This document shows positions 1 through 8,948 of a stretch of 46,556 nucleotides of DNA, one piece after another. Location of the stretch: assembly GCA_041166225.1 (NCBI GenBank), contig JBEEFT010000060.1, forward strand, positions 1 through 46,556. Reading direction: 5' to 3'. Position numbers and translations under genes: made by a program. Below the pieces are notes generated by a model that saw only the letters and a list, made by a program, of their open reading frames with translations, did no database searches and was not told the origin of the DNA. The first letter of the stretch is position 1, and the number at the start of each line of letters is the position of its first letter. This DNA comes from Actinomycetota bacterium (GTDB lineage Bacteria > Actinomycetota > Acidimicrobiia > Acidimicrobiales > JACCXE01).

Positions 1-805
1 GCGCCCGTGACGACACGTCGCCGTTGTAGGCCGCGTCGGGCCACTCCGGCGTCCACCTCTGGGCGGAACCGAGCGCCTCGCCCGCCGCGACCGACGACCG
101 CAACACCCGGTGGGGGGCGTCGGGCCAGCCGAGCCCGAAGGCGGTGGTGAGCACCGTGTCGTCGGCGCCGGCGGCGATGAGCTTCTCCACGTAGGCCGGA
201 TGGGCGACCGACTCGGTGGCGGCCAGGAACCGCGTGCCCACGCGCACACCAGCGGCGCCTGTGTCGAGCGCAGCTCGCACGGTTGCGGCGTCGCCGATTC
301 CGCCCGCGGCCACGACGGGCACGTCGACGCCGCCGGCGACGGCGGCGACCAATTCGAGCATCGGCGTCGTGCCGCGCACGTGACCACCGGCTTCCACGCC
401 TTGTGCGACCACGACGTCACAACCGGCGTCGACCGCGGCGCGTGCCTCGTCAACCGAACCGACCTGCCATCCGGCGAGCGTGCCGGCGTCGTGCACCGTC
501 GCGACGAGGTCCGCCGACGGGTCGCCGTAGAAGAACTCGACCAAGGCACAACGCGGCGCCACCTCTTCAACGTTGCGTCGGTCGAGAAACGGCATGAGGA
601 AGCTGACGCCGAAGGCGCCATCGCGTGGCATGGCGGCGACCTGGGCGGTGAGGTCGCCCAACGGCAACACGCCCGACAGCATGCCGAGACCGCCGGCGGC
701 GCTCACCGCCGCAGCAAGATCCGCCGAAGCGAACCCGCCCATGCCCGCGAGCTGTATGGGGAAACGACACCCGAACATCCGCGTGAACGCGCTGTCGAGG
801 GTCAC
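1..805 (-). CDS. Nitronate monooxygenase / FabK-like flavin oxidoreductase (3'-truncated by window edge)
   Basis: Not in ORF track. Hand translation from GTG at 805: MTLDSAFTRMFGCRFPIQLAGMGG...VVAQGVEAGGHVRG...PVVAAGGIGD...GVRVGTRFLAATES, which carries the typical NMO motifs. Confidence 0.88.
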   Translation of the reverse strand, partial: MTLDSAFTRMFGCRFPIQLAGMGGFASADLAAAVSAAGGLGMLSGVLPLGDLTAQVAAMPRDGAFGVSFLMPFLDRRNVEEVAPRCALVEFFYGDPSADLVATVHDAGTLAGWQVGSVDEARAAVDAGCDVVVAQGVEAGGHVRGTTPMLELVAAVAGGVDVPVVAAGGIGDAATVRAALDTGAAGVRVGTRFLAATESVAHPAYVEKLIAAGADDTVLTTAFGLGWPDAPHRVLRSSVAAGEALGSAQRWTPEWPDAAYNGDVSSRA

Positions 806-811
806 GCGAGC

Positions 812-1753
812 TCAGCCGAGCAACGCGGCGCGTGTCGCAGCGACGTCGGCGTGCATCTGTTTGATCAGGTCGTCGATCGAATCGAATTTCTGTTCACCGC
901 GAAGGCGCTCAACGAATCCGACGGCGGCGGGCTGGTCGTAGAGGTCGCCCTCGAAGTCAAGGACGTAGGCCTCGAGCAACGAAGCGTGAGCGTCGACGTA
1001 GAACGTGGGCCGGCGCCCGAGCGAAACGGCGGCGGGCCGGGCCACCCCATCGGGCGTCGTGTACAGCGCGGCGTAGATGCCGTCGGCGGGCAGGCATACG
1101 CCGTCGGGCACTTGGACGTTTGCGGTCGGAAAGCCCAGCTCGCGTCCGCGCGCGTCGCCGTGCATCACGGTGCCGCGCACCTCGTGGGGGCGGCCGAGAA
1201 GCGCAGCGGCAGCCGCCACGTCGCCGTCGTGAAGCATCTCGCGGATGCGAGTGGAAGACACTGGGCTCGCTCCCGCCGCCACCAGCCGCATCCCGAGCAC
1301 GTCGAAGCCGTGCACCGCGCCCTCGCGCTGGAGCATCTCGACGTTGCCGCCGCGGTTCTTGCCGAAGTGGAAGTCGTGGCCGACCACGACGGCGCGCGCC
1401 GCGAGCCCGTCGACCAAGACCTCTTCTACGAACTCTTCCGCAGGCTCGCGGGAACGGTCTTCGTCGAAGCGCACCACAACCAACACGTCGAGCCCGGTCG
1501 ACTCGAGCAGCTCGATCTTTTGGTCGAGCGACGTGAGTCGGCATGGAGCGGAGTCGGGTCGCACCACCTCGGCGGGGTGCCGGTCGAAGGTGACCATCGC
1601 GCTCAGCGCGCCGCGGGTGTCGGCGAGATGGCGAACCTCGTCGACGACGGCGCGGTGCCCGAGGTGCACGCCGTCATAAGCACCAATGGTGACCACCGAG
1701 CCCCGCTCGGCGCACAGTGAACGTGCCTCCCCCGGCTCGTTGACGACGTACAT
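812..1753 (-). CDS. ribF: Bifunctional riboflavin kinase/FAD synthetase
   Basis: IGAYDGVHLGH, GHDFHFG, SSTRIR, GRELGFPTAN motifs; follows truB. Confidence 0.97.
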   Translation of the reverse strand: MYVVNEPGEARSLCAERGSVVTIGAYDGVHLGHRAVVDEVRHLADTRGALSAMVTFDRHPAEVVRPDSAPCRLTSLDQKIELLESTGLDVLVVVRFDEDRSREPAEEFVEEVLVDGLAARAVVVGHDFHFGKNRGGNVEMLQREGAVHGFDVLGMRLVAAGASPVSSTRIREMLHDGDVAAAAALLGRPHEVRGTVMHGDARGRELGFPTANVQVPDGVCLPADGIYAALYTTPDGVARPAAVSLGRRPTFYVDAHASLLEAYVLDFEGDLYDQPAAVGFVERLRGEQKFDSIDDLIKQMHADVAATRAALLG

Positions 1754-1765
1754 GGCGCTCCGACG

Positions 1766-2629
1766 CTAATTGCCGAGCAGCACGACGTCGGCCACTAACC
1801 GCCCGTCGTCGTGGCGATACACCGCGATCAGCTCGCCCTGCGGGTCCTTGATCGCGACCGGTCCCACTATCACTGTAGATATCTCATGTAACAGTGGTCG
1901 GCCGTGGGAAATGGCATCGAGGTCGGTTTCGTTGGCGGTGACCGACGGCAGATGCACCACCAACTCCGAAGCGGGCCGGGCATTTTCGGGAATCAGCTGT
2001 TCGAGCGGCACCGCGTCGTCGACAGCGAATGTGCCGATGGCGCGTCGGCGCAGGTTGCGCAAATGGGCGCCGCCGCCGAGGGCGCGGCCAATGTCGTCGG
2101 CGAGCGTGCGGATGTAGGTGCCGGTCGAACACACCACGTCGAGCGTGAACACGCCGGGCCCGGGCTCGCCGATTACGTCGATCGAATGGATCGTGACGGG
2201 CCGCGGCGCCCGCTCCACTTCGATTCCCTCGCGCGCCAGCGCGTGCAACCGCTTCCCTCCGATCTGCACCGCCGACACCATCGGCGGGATCTGTTCGATG
2301 TCACCGACGAACTTCGCGGCGGCGTTCGCCACGTCGTCGCGCGTGACGTCGGACATTTCGAATGTTGCGGTCACCTCGCCCGCGGCGTCGAGCGTCGACG
2401 TGGTCGAGCCCAGCACGACGTCGCCGACGTACGCCTTTTCGAGGTCACCCACGAACTTCAGCAGCCGCGTGGCGCGCCCGAGCCCGACGAGCAGCACGCC
2501 CGTCGCGTCGGGATCGAGCGTGCCGGCGTGGCCGACGCGCTTCTGGTGGAAGATCTTGCGGCACCGGGCAACCGCGTCGTGACTCGTCCAACCGGCGGGT
2601 TTGTCTACGACGACAAAACCGTCGATCAC
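1766..2629 (-). CDS. truB: tRNA pseudouridine(55) synthase
   Basis: DKPAGWTSHD, GHAGTLDPDATGVL, CSTGTYIR. Start placed at GTG 2629 (GTGA overlap with upstream stop); the ORF-track extension to 3190 is spurious. Confidence 0.96.
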   Translation of the reverse strand: MIDGFVVVDKPAGWTSHDAVARCRKIFHQKRVGHAGTLDPDATGVLLVGLGRATRLLKFVGDLEKAYVGDVVLGSTTSTLDAAGEVTATFEMSDVTRDDVANAAAKFVGDIEQIPPMVSAVQIGGKRLHALAREGIEVERAPRPVTIHSIDVIGEPGPGVFTLDVVCSTGTYIRTLADDIGRALGGGAHLRNLRRRAIGTFAVDDAVPLEQLIPENARPASELVVHLPSVTANETDLDAISHGRPLLHEISTVIVGPVAIKDPQGELIAVYRHDDGRLVADVVLLGN

Positions 2630-3618
2630 GACGACGTGTCGTGCAGCGCTTTCACCGCGACCGCCACGGCTTCGCGCAACTCGGCTTGCACCGCCGCCAG
2701 CGACGCATGCGACGTGAAGCCAGCCGCGTAACGATGACCACCGCCGCCGAAGCTCGCCGCCACCGCCGAGACGTCGACCTCGGTGACCGACCGCAACGAC
2801 ACGCGCACGCCTTCGTCGGTTTCCTTCAACACCGCGCTCACTTCGGCTTCTTTGGTGCGACGCACGAGGTCGATCAGGCCTTCGGTCTCTTCGACCGTTA
2901 CGCCATATTGCGCGAAGTCGGCAGCCGTGATCGCTGCCATTACGAACCCATTCTTTTCGTCTAACTCGGCGCGAGTCAGTACTGCACCCGCCAGCTGCAA
3001 ATAGGCCAGGCGGTGTTCTTCGAACAGCTGACGTGACAGCGATGCGATCGGCAGGTCGAAGCGCGATAGCTCCTCGGCGAGCGCGAAGACTTCCGGCGTT
3101 GTGCTCTGGTACTGGAAGCGGCCGGTGTCGGTGACGAGCCCCGTGTACAGGCACATCGCGGCGTCGCGATTCAACGGCCAACCAAGACACGCAGCGACGC
3201 GTCGCACCACGACCGCGGTGGCCGCCGCGTCTACGTCGATGACGTTGACCGTGCCGTAGCGATCGTTGGACAAATGATGGTCGAGCACGATCAGCTCGCC
3301 CGCCGCCCGGGCCGGACCGGCCAGTTCACCCAGACGCGCCAACGACCCGCAGTCGAACGTGATCATCACGTCGGGCGTCGCCGGGAAATCCTCGGGCCGC
3401 GTCGCCAGTTCCAGCCCCGGCAGGTACGTGTAATGCGGCGCCACGACGAACGGCGCGGGCCACGATGCGATCGAGGGCTTTCCCGCGGCAACGCACAGGT
3501 GATGCATCCCGAGCATCGAGCCCAGGGCGTCGCCGTCGGGCGCGATGTGGCAAGCCAACGCCACCGAGTCGGCTGCGACGATCGCGGCGACGGCGCGGTC
3601 GAGGTCGCCGCTAACCAC
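2626..3618 (-). CDS. nrnA: DHH/DHHA1 phosphoesterase (NrnA-type oligoribonuclease/pAp phosphatase)
   Basis: HIAPDGDALGS, FDCG, LDHH, TDTGRF and GGGGH motifs; conserved rbfA-nrnA-truB order; start at GTG 3618. Confidence 0.92.
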   Translation of the reverse strand: MVSGDLDRAVAAIVAADSVALACHIAPDGDALGSMLGMHHLCVAAGKPSIASWPAPFVVAPHYTYLPGLELATRPEDFPATPDVMITFDCGSLARLGELAGPARAAGELIVLDHHLSNDRYGTVNVIDVDAAATAVVVRRVAACLGWPLNRDAAMCLYTGLVTDTGRFQYQSTTPEVFALAEELSRFDLPIASLSRQLFEEHRLAYLQLAGAVLTRAELDEKNGFVMAAITAADFAQYGVTVEETEGLIDLVRRTKEAEVSAVLKETDEGVRVSLRSVTEVDVSAVAASFGGGGHRYAAGFTSHASLAAVQAELREAVAVAVKALHDTSS

Positions 3619-3994
3619 TGTTCCCCCGTTCGCGCTCGGCTTTGAGGATCTCCTCGATCCGCCATCCGGCGTCCATCGCTGGATCACGCTCGAACCGCAG
3701 CAGCGGCGTGCGTTTCATACGCACCTCACGACCAATTGCGGCCTGCACGGCTACGCGCGCGTCTTCGAGCGCTTCGGCGACACCTTCTTCATCACCCTTG
3801 CCCCGCGTTGTGTAGAAGACCGTCGCGTGGCGCAGGTCGGGATCGGTGTGCATGCCCGTGACCGTGAGCAGACCAAGACGGTCGTCGTCGGTGCGCTCGA
3901 GCGCCTCGGCGACGACGACCTGGAGCACCTTGTCGATGCGCGCCGTTCGGGGGTAGCGCCGAGTCGCTCCCCGCGATGAGTCCCGCTGCGGCAT
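3611..3994 (-). CDS. rbfA: Ribosome-binding factor A
   Basis: RYPRTARI...DPDLRHATVF...MKRTPLLRFERD. ATG 3994 lies 6 nt after a CACAAT -10-like hexamer; the ORF is open to 4033. Confidence 0.95.
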   Translation of the reverse strand: MPQRDSSRGATRRYPRTARIDKVLQVVVAEALERTDDDRLGLLTVTGMHTDPDLRHATVFYTTRGKGDEEGVAEALEDARVAVQAAIGREVRMKRTPLLRFERDPAMDAGWRIEEILKAERERGNSG

Positions 3995-4057
3995 CCCTCC
4001 ATTGTGAAGCACGTTCGACCCCTGATGCGTCATCGACGCACCAACTTGGCCCGGCAG

Positions 4058-4639
4058 CTACGCGTCTCGGCGATTGTTCACGAACCAGGCGAAGCCGACG
4101 GCCACCCCGCCCGCTATCAACGCCACCGCCACGATCACCCACACGCTGGTCCCCCCGCCGCCGCCGCCGGGCGTGACGCCGGCGTCGGGAATCGGCTCAC
4201 CGGCGTAGATCGCAAATGCGGGATACGGCGAGTAGGGGTTCTTGTCGATGTACTCCTTGCTCGTGCCGTCATCGGCGTGAACGGTGATGGCCGCGAAATA
4301 CGCACCCTTCTTGGTCGCGGTACCGACCAGGGTGAAGTAGCCACACGAGTACGGCTTGAGCGTGAGGCCTTCGAAGTGGGCGTGATCACCGACCCGGGTG
4401 CCGACCCAGCCGAGGTAACCGATCTGGTCCGTGAGGTCGAAGCCCGGCGGTATCGCGATGTCGATCGACGTGACCGGTTTTTCTTCTGAAGCCACACCGA
4501 TGTTCAGCTTGACCTGCTCGCCGACGCTGATCGCAGCCGGGTTCGTGCAGATGTGCGCGTCGGCCCGGCCCGCACCGGCGACGACCATGACTGCTGCGGC
4601 CGCCCCGAGGAATGCGAGGATGATCCGCATGCGCCGCAT
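4058..4639 (-). CDS. Exported, C-terminally membrane-anchored YcnI/DUF1775-like protein (putative Cu-binding, mature His1)
   Basis: Signal peptide ending ADA|H; VASEEKP and IPPGF...GW segments resemble YcnI; Gly linker, C-terminal TM helix and basic tail. Confidence 0.7.
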   Translation of the reverse strand: MRRMRIILAFLGAAAAVMVVAGAGRADAHICTNPAAISVGEQVKLNIGVASEEKPVTSIDIAIPPGFDLTDQIGYLGWVGTRVGDHAHFEGLTLKPYSCGYFTLVGTATKKGAYFAAITVHADDGTSKEYIDKNPYSPYPAFAIYAGEPIPDAGVTPGGGGGGTSVWVIVAVALIAGGVAVGFAWFVNNRRDA

Positions 4640-5666
4640 CGTCGTGACGGTAGTGATTGCCGCCAGCATTCTGATGGCATCTGCTGCACCTGCTCTCGCC
4701 CACACCGTGGCCGGGACGGGGGCCACCAACTACAAAACGACGTTGCGCCACGTCTCGCCGCACCTGCCCGGCTTGAGCGTGAAGGTGATCGAGGCGGGCA
4801 GCCGGCTCCAAGCGTCGTACTCCGGTCGTGGCGAGGTCGTGGTGCAGGGCTATCAAGGCGAGCCCTATCTGCGGATTGGTGACAAAGGCGTGTTCCAGAA
4901 CCTGAAGTCACCCGCGACCTACATCAACAAGACCCGTAACGGCACGAACCCACCCGCCGACGCCGACCCCGCCACGAAGCCCGTTTGGCAGAAGATCTCG
5001 AGCGGTCATGTGGCGCGCTGGCACGACCACCGCATCCACTTCATGGGCGGAGTGAACCCGCCGCCCGTGCGTAATTCGCCCGGCACCCGGCATGCGATCA
5101 CCGACTGGAACGTCACGATTACGAAGGGCGCGACCACCGTCGACGTCGGTGGTGACTTGGTGTGGGTTCCGGGCCCGTCACCGGCGCCGATGTTGTTGCT
5201 GGCGCTGGTACTGCTCGGAGCGATGATCGCCATCGGTCGCAGACGATCGCCGTTCGTCGCGGTTGCGCTGGCGACCACACTGCTAGTGGCGATCGACGTC
5301 GTGCACTCATTGGCAATCGGCTTCGCGAACGCCGGCAGCGTCGGCCAGCAGCTCGGCCGCACGTTCGCGGGCGCCACGGTATCGATCCCGGCCTGGCTCG
5401 TCGGTGCCGGTGCCGTGTGGCTCCTCCTTCACAAGAAGGTCGACGGATTTTTCGCGGCCGTGTTCTGCGGGCTCATCGTCGCCGTTGTCGGCGGCATCGC
5501 CGACTCGACGGTGCTGTCGCGATCGCAAGTGCCATTCGCGTTGTCCGCGGCGATCGCCCGCCCGATCGTGGCCGCGTCGCTCGGCCTCGGCGTAGGCGTA
5601 GCGGTGGCCGGCGGCCTAGCGATCCGTCAGCTCGAACCCCGCGTACTGGCCGAGGACGACGAGTGA
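4629..5666 (+). CDS. Conserved hypothetical exported/membrane protein (mature His1, WHDHRIH motif, multi-TM C-terminus)
   Basis: Signal peptide ending ALA|H; GYQGEPYLRI, SPATYIN, WHDHRIHFMG; about 5 hydrophobic segments in the C-terminal half; start placed at ATG 4629. Confidence 0.8.
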   Translation: MRRIVVTVVIAASILMASAAPALAHTVAGTGATNYKTTLRHVSPHLPGLSVKVIEAGSRLQASYSGRGEVVVQGYQGEPYLRIGDKGVFQNLKSPATYINKTRNGTNPPADADPATKPVWQKISSGHVARWHDHRIHFMGGVNPPPVRNSPGTRHAITDWNVTITKGATTVDVGGDLVWVPGPSPAPMLLLALVLLGAMIAIGRRRSPFVAVALATTLLVAIDVVHSLAIGFANAGSVGQQLGRTFAGATVSIPAWLVGAGAVWLLLHKKVDGFFAAVFCGLIVAVVGGIADSTVLSRSQVPFALSAAIARPIVAASLGLGVGVAVAGGLAIRQLEPRVLAEDDE

Positions 5667-5676
5667 CGGTCGAGCG

Positions 5677-8655
5677 TCAAACGCGGGCGATCTCGCGCTC
5701 TTCGTAGGTCTCGATGACGTCGCCTTCCTTGATGTCTTGGAAGTCGCTGAGCATCATGCCGCACTCGAATCCGGCCTGAACTTCACGCACGTCGTCTTTG
5801 ACTCGACGCAGTGACGGCAAGGCGCCCTTCCAGATGACGACGCCCTCGCGGAGGTAGCGCACCTTTGAGTTGCGGGTGATGACGCCGGTTTGGACGTAGC
5901 AGCCGGCGACCTTGCCCCGCGGCGTCGAGAACACGGCGCGCACTTCGGCTTCACCGGTGATGACCTCTTCGTACTCGGGCTTCAGCATGCCGACCATTGC
6001 GGCTTCGAGGTCTTCGAGCAGCTTGTAGATGATTTCGTACAAGCGGAGCTCGACGCCCAAGTTCTCGGCGAGCTCACGGGCTTTGCGGTCGGGCCGCACG
6101 TTGAAGCCGATAATCGTGGCGCCCGAGGTAGCCGCGAGCTGGATGTCGCTCTCGGTGATACCGCCTACGGCGCGACGTACGAAGCCGAGCTTCACTTCGT
6201 CGCGCTCGAGCTTCTGCAAACTCGCAGTAACCGCCTCGAGTGAGCCGTGGACGTCGGCCTTCAGGATGACGTTGAGCGTGGCGGTTTCACCACGCTGGAT
6301 CTGCTCGAAAATGTCTTCGAGCTTCGCCCCGCCGCCAGTGGCTGCAGCGGTAGACGCGAGCCCGGCGAAACGGTGACGCTGCTCGCGGTGCTCGGCCAGA
6401 GCCTTGGCCGCCTTGTCGTCGGCGACGCGGAACTCGTCGCCCGCTGCCGGCACGTCGTTGAGACCGAGTACCTCTACAGGCATCGACGGCAACGCTTCTT
6501 TGACGTTGTCGCCCTTGTCGTCGATGAGGGCGCGCACACGACCCCAGGCTGCACCGGCCACGAGCGTGTCGCCCACGCGCAGCGTGCCGTTCTCGACGAT
6601 GACCGTGGCAACAGGACCACGCCCGGTGTCGAGGTTGGCTTCGAGCACGACGCCGCGGCAATAGCCCTCAGGATTAGCGACGAGTTCGTCGCTCAACTGC
6701 ACGTCGGCCACGAGCAAAAGCTGCTCGAGTAGCTCGTCGATGCCGGTGTTCTGCAGCGCTGAAATAGGCACCACAATCGTGTCGCCGCCCCACGCCTCGG
6801 GCATGAGCCCGTGCTCGGACAGCTGCTGCATGACGCGGTCGGGGTTGGCGTTCTCCCGGTCGATCTTGTTCAGAGCGACCACGATCGGGACCTCGGCCGC
6901 CTTGGCGTGGTCGATCGCCTCTTCGGTTTGTGGCATGACTCCGTCGTCGGCCGCCACCATCAGGATCACGATGTCGGTGACCTCGGCGCCGCGGGCGCGC
7001 ATGGCGGTGAAGGCTTCGTGGCCGGGGGTGTCGATGAAGGTGATGAGGCGCCCGTCTTTGACGGTCTGATACGCGCCGATGTGCTGGGTGATGCCGCCGG
7101 CCTCGCCCGCGACCACGTTGGCTTCACGAATGCGGTCGAGCAGCAGCGTTTTGCCGTGGTCGACGTGGCCCATCACGGTGATGATCGGTGGCCGCGGACG
7201 CAGGTCTTCCTCGGCGTCTTCGGTTTCATCGCCGAAGTACTTCGCGGCCAGTTCGGCCTCGCGCTCCAACCCTGGCTCGACGAGTTTGATCTCGGCGCCG
7301 ACTTCGACCGCGAACAACTCAATCGCGTCGTCGGACAACGACTGCGTCGCCATCACCATTTCGCCTTGACCGAACAGGAAGCGCACGACGTCGCCCGCGG
7401 TCCGGTTGAGCTTGGGACCGACCTCTTGAGCCGACGACCCGCGCTCGATGATGATCTCGCCCTGCGGCACCGGCGCGTTCGACGGCATGTACGCCGTGAT
7501 TGCGCTTGGGCCCAACTCCTCCATGTCGCGACGACGCCGACGCCGACGTCCGGGCGTGCGACCGCGATTCGGTCCGCCGCCACCGCGGTTGCCAGGCCCA
7601 GCGGCGGGACCGCCGCGGGTGCCGAACCCAGCGCCGAAGCCTTGACCCTGCCCGCCCCCACCACCGCCGCCGCGGTAACCGCCGCCACCGCCTTGACCAC
7701 TCTGACCGGACGGACGCGCGCCCATCGGGCGACCAGGCCCGCCACCGGGACCACGCCCGGGCGCGCCACCGGGACCGCGGGCGCCACCACCGGGCGCGCC
7801 GGGGGCGCCGGCCGCGGGACGCCGTGCGCCCGGAGGCGGCGGGATCGGCTTACCGCTCGCAGAACGCGGAGGACCGGGAGGCGGCGGAATCGGCTTGCCG
7901 CTCGCCGACGTGGGCGGCCCGGCCGGAGCTGCGGGCGCGCTCGGCGCCGCCGATGCCGCCGGAGCGATTGGCGGGGCGTCGGCGGGAGTAGCCGGCGTAA
8001 CGGGCGCGCTAGGCACAGGCGCACTGGTTGCGGGTGCGCTGGGCGCGGCTGCGGGTGGAGCGGCGACGGGCGGCGCTGGTGCGGCGGCCGCGGGCGCCAC
8101 GGGCTGTTGCGCAGGCGGTGCAGCCGGACGCGGACGCGACGGCGCGTCGAGCCCGCCGGGGCCCGTGGGTCGCGGTGCGACGGCTGGACGCGGCGCGGGC
8201 GCGGGATCTATGGGTCGCGGCGCGGTGACTTCACTGGCGGGACGCGACGTGACGACGCGTCCCGTCGTGACCCGCGGCACTTCCACCGGCGGCGCAGGCT
8301 CGACCGGCGCAGCGGCTGCGGGCGCGAGCGGATCGGATCCCGCGGCCGGCTCGTTGCCGGGCGCGGGTGCGGGCGCGTCGGTCGACGACGGGGCGTCGGT
8401 CGGCGCGCCAGCCTTCTTCGCCGCCGCCTTCTTGGCTGCGGTCTTCTTGACGGGAGCCGGTTCTTCGGGTTGCACCTCGCGGCGCAGCCCGTCGGCGTCG
8501 GCCCGGCGACGGACCCTGTCCGCCTGCGGGTCTTCGATGCTCGAGGAATGGGTCTTGACACCGATTCCGAGCGCGAGGGCCAAGTCGAGTGTCTCTTGGT
8601 TTGTCATTCCGAGCTCTTTGGCAAGCTCGTGCACTCGAATTTTCTTCTGGGGCAA
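5677..8655 (-). CDS. infB: Translation initiation factor IF-2
   Basis: [12 protein letters not shown]-domain, Pro/Gly-rich linker, [20 protein letters not shown]; TTG start with AAGGA SD. Confidence 0.99.
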   Translation of the reverse strand: MPQKKIRVHELAKELGMTNQETLDLALALGIGVKTHSSSIEDPQADRVRRRADADGLRREVQPEEPAPVKKTAAKKAAAKKAGAPTDAPSSTDAPAPAPGNEPAAGSDPLAPAAAAPVEPAPPVEVPRVTTGRVVTSRPASEVTAPRPIDPAPAPRPAVAPRPTGPGGLDAPSRPRPAAPPAQQPVAPAAAAPAPPVAAPPAAAPSAPATSAPVPSAPVTPATPADAPPIAPAASAAPSAPAAPAGPPTSASGKPIPPPPGPPRSASGKPIPPPPGARRPAAGAPGAPGGGARGPGGAPGRGPGGGPGRPMGARPSGQSGQGGGGGYRGGGGGGGQGQGFGAGFGTRGGPAAGPGNRGGGGPNRGRTPGRRRRRRRDMEELGPSAITAYMPSNAPVPQGEIIIERGSSAQEVGPKLNRTAGDVVRFLFGQGEMVMATQSLSDDAIELFAVEVGAEIKLVEPGLEREAELAAKYFGDETEDAEEDLRPRPPIITVMGHVDHGKTLLLDRIREANVVAGEAGGITQHIGAYQTVKDGRLITFIDTPGHEAFTAMRARGAEVTDIVILMVAADDGVMPQTEEAIDHAKAAEVPIVVALNKIDRENANPDRVMQQLSEHGLMPEAWGGDTIVVPISALQNTGIDELLEQLLLVADVQLSDELVANPEGYCRGVVLEANLDTGRGPVATVIVENGTLRVGDTLVAGAAWGRVRALIDDKGDNVKEALPSMPVEVLGLNDVPAAGDEFRVADDKAAKALAEHREQRHRFAGLASTAAATGGGAKLEDIFEQIQRGETATLNVILKADVHGSLEAVTASLQKLERDEVKLGFVRRAVGGITESDIQLAATSGATIIGFNVRPDRKARELAENLGVELRLYEIIYKLLEDLEAAMVGMLKPEYEEVITGEAEVRAVFSTPRGKVAGCYVQTGVITRNSKVRYLREGVVIWKGALPSLRRVKDDVREVQAGFECGMMLSDFQDIKEGDVIETYEEREIARV

Positions 8656-8666
8656 GTGGTTCCTTC

Positions 8667-8684
8667 GTAAAAGCTTGTAAAAGC
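8667..8684. repeat. 8-bp direct repeat GTAAAAGC x2 in the ylxR-infB spacer
   Basis: GTAAAAGC at 8667-8674 and 8677-8684, just upstream of the infB SD. Confidence 0.5.
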
Positions 8685-8690
8685 AGCCTT

Positions 8691-8948
8691 CTAGCTTCTC
8701 ACACCGGTGGGCACCCTTTGGAGTTGTTCCTGGGGATCGCCCACGATCTCAGTTCGCAGCGCCCGGCCGAAGGCCTTTTTCTTCGTCGCAGCCGAGATGC
8801 ACGCCGGCGAGTCGGCGCACAACCATGCGCCGCGGCCAGCCGATGCCCGGCTCCACGTCACCCGCTTGTGGGCGGTGGCGACGATCCGGGCGAGAGGACC
8901 GGGCGCGCCGGCTTTGCCACAACCGATGCAGGTCCGCTGCGGCGCTAT
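8691..8948 (-). CDS. ylxR: YlxR/RnpM (DUF448) RNA-binding protein, apparent ATA start
   Basis: Hand translation (I/M)APQRTCIGCGK...GRGAWLC...KAFGRALR, 85 aa; canonical nusA-ylxR-infB position; absent from the ORF track in this frame. Confidence 0.88.
   Translation of the reverse strand: MAPQRTCIGCGKAGAPGPLARIVATAHKRVTWSRASAGRGAWLCADSPACISAATKKKAFGRALRTEIVGDPQEQLQRVPTGVRS

Noticed and set aside
110-1720. Long + strand ORFs (536 aa here; also 6811-8670, 8825-10306, 37719-39374, 42997-44268)
   Set aside because: Antisense shadows of well-supported minus-strand genes. High GC suppresses stop codons, and they show no motifs.
2630-3190. Apparent N-terminal extensions of TruB, and likewise PyrH (to 19112), TrmD (to 31470), ACP (to 43647) and YraN (to 28177)
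   Set aside because: They overlap upstream genes in another frame; these are longest-ORF artefacts, not fusions.
7550-8460. Very GC-rich repetitive stretch
   Set aside because: Normal Pro/Ala/Gly-rich linker of actinobacterial IF-2.
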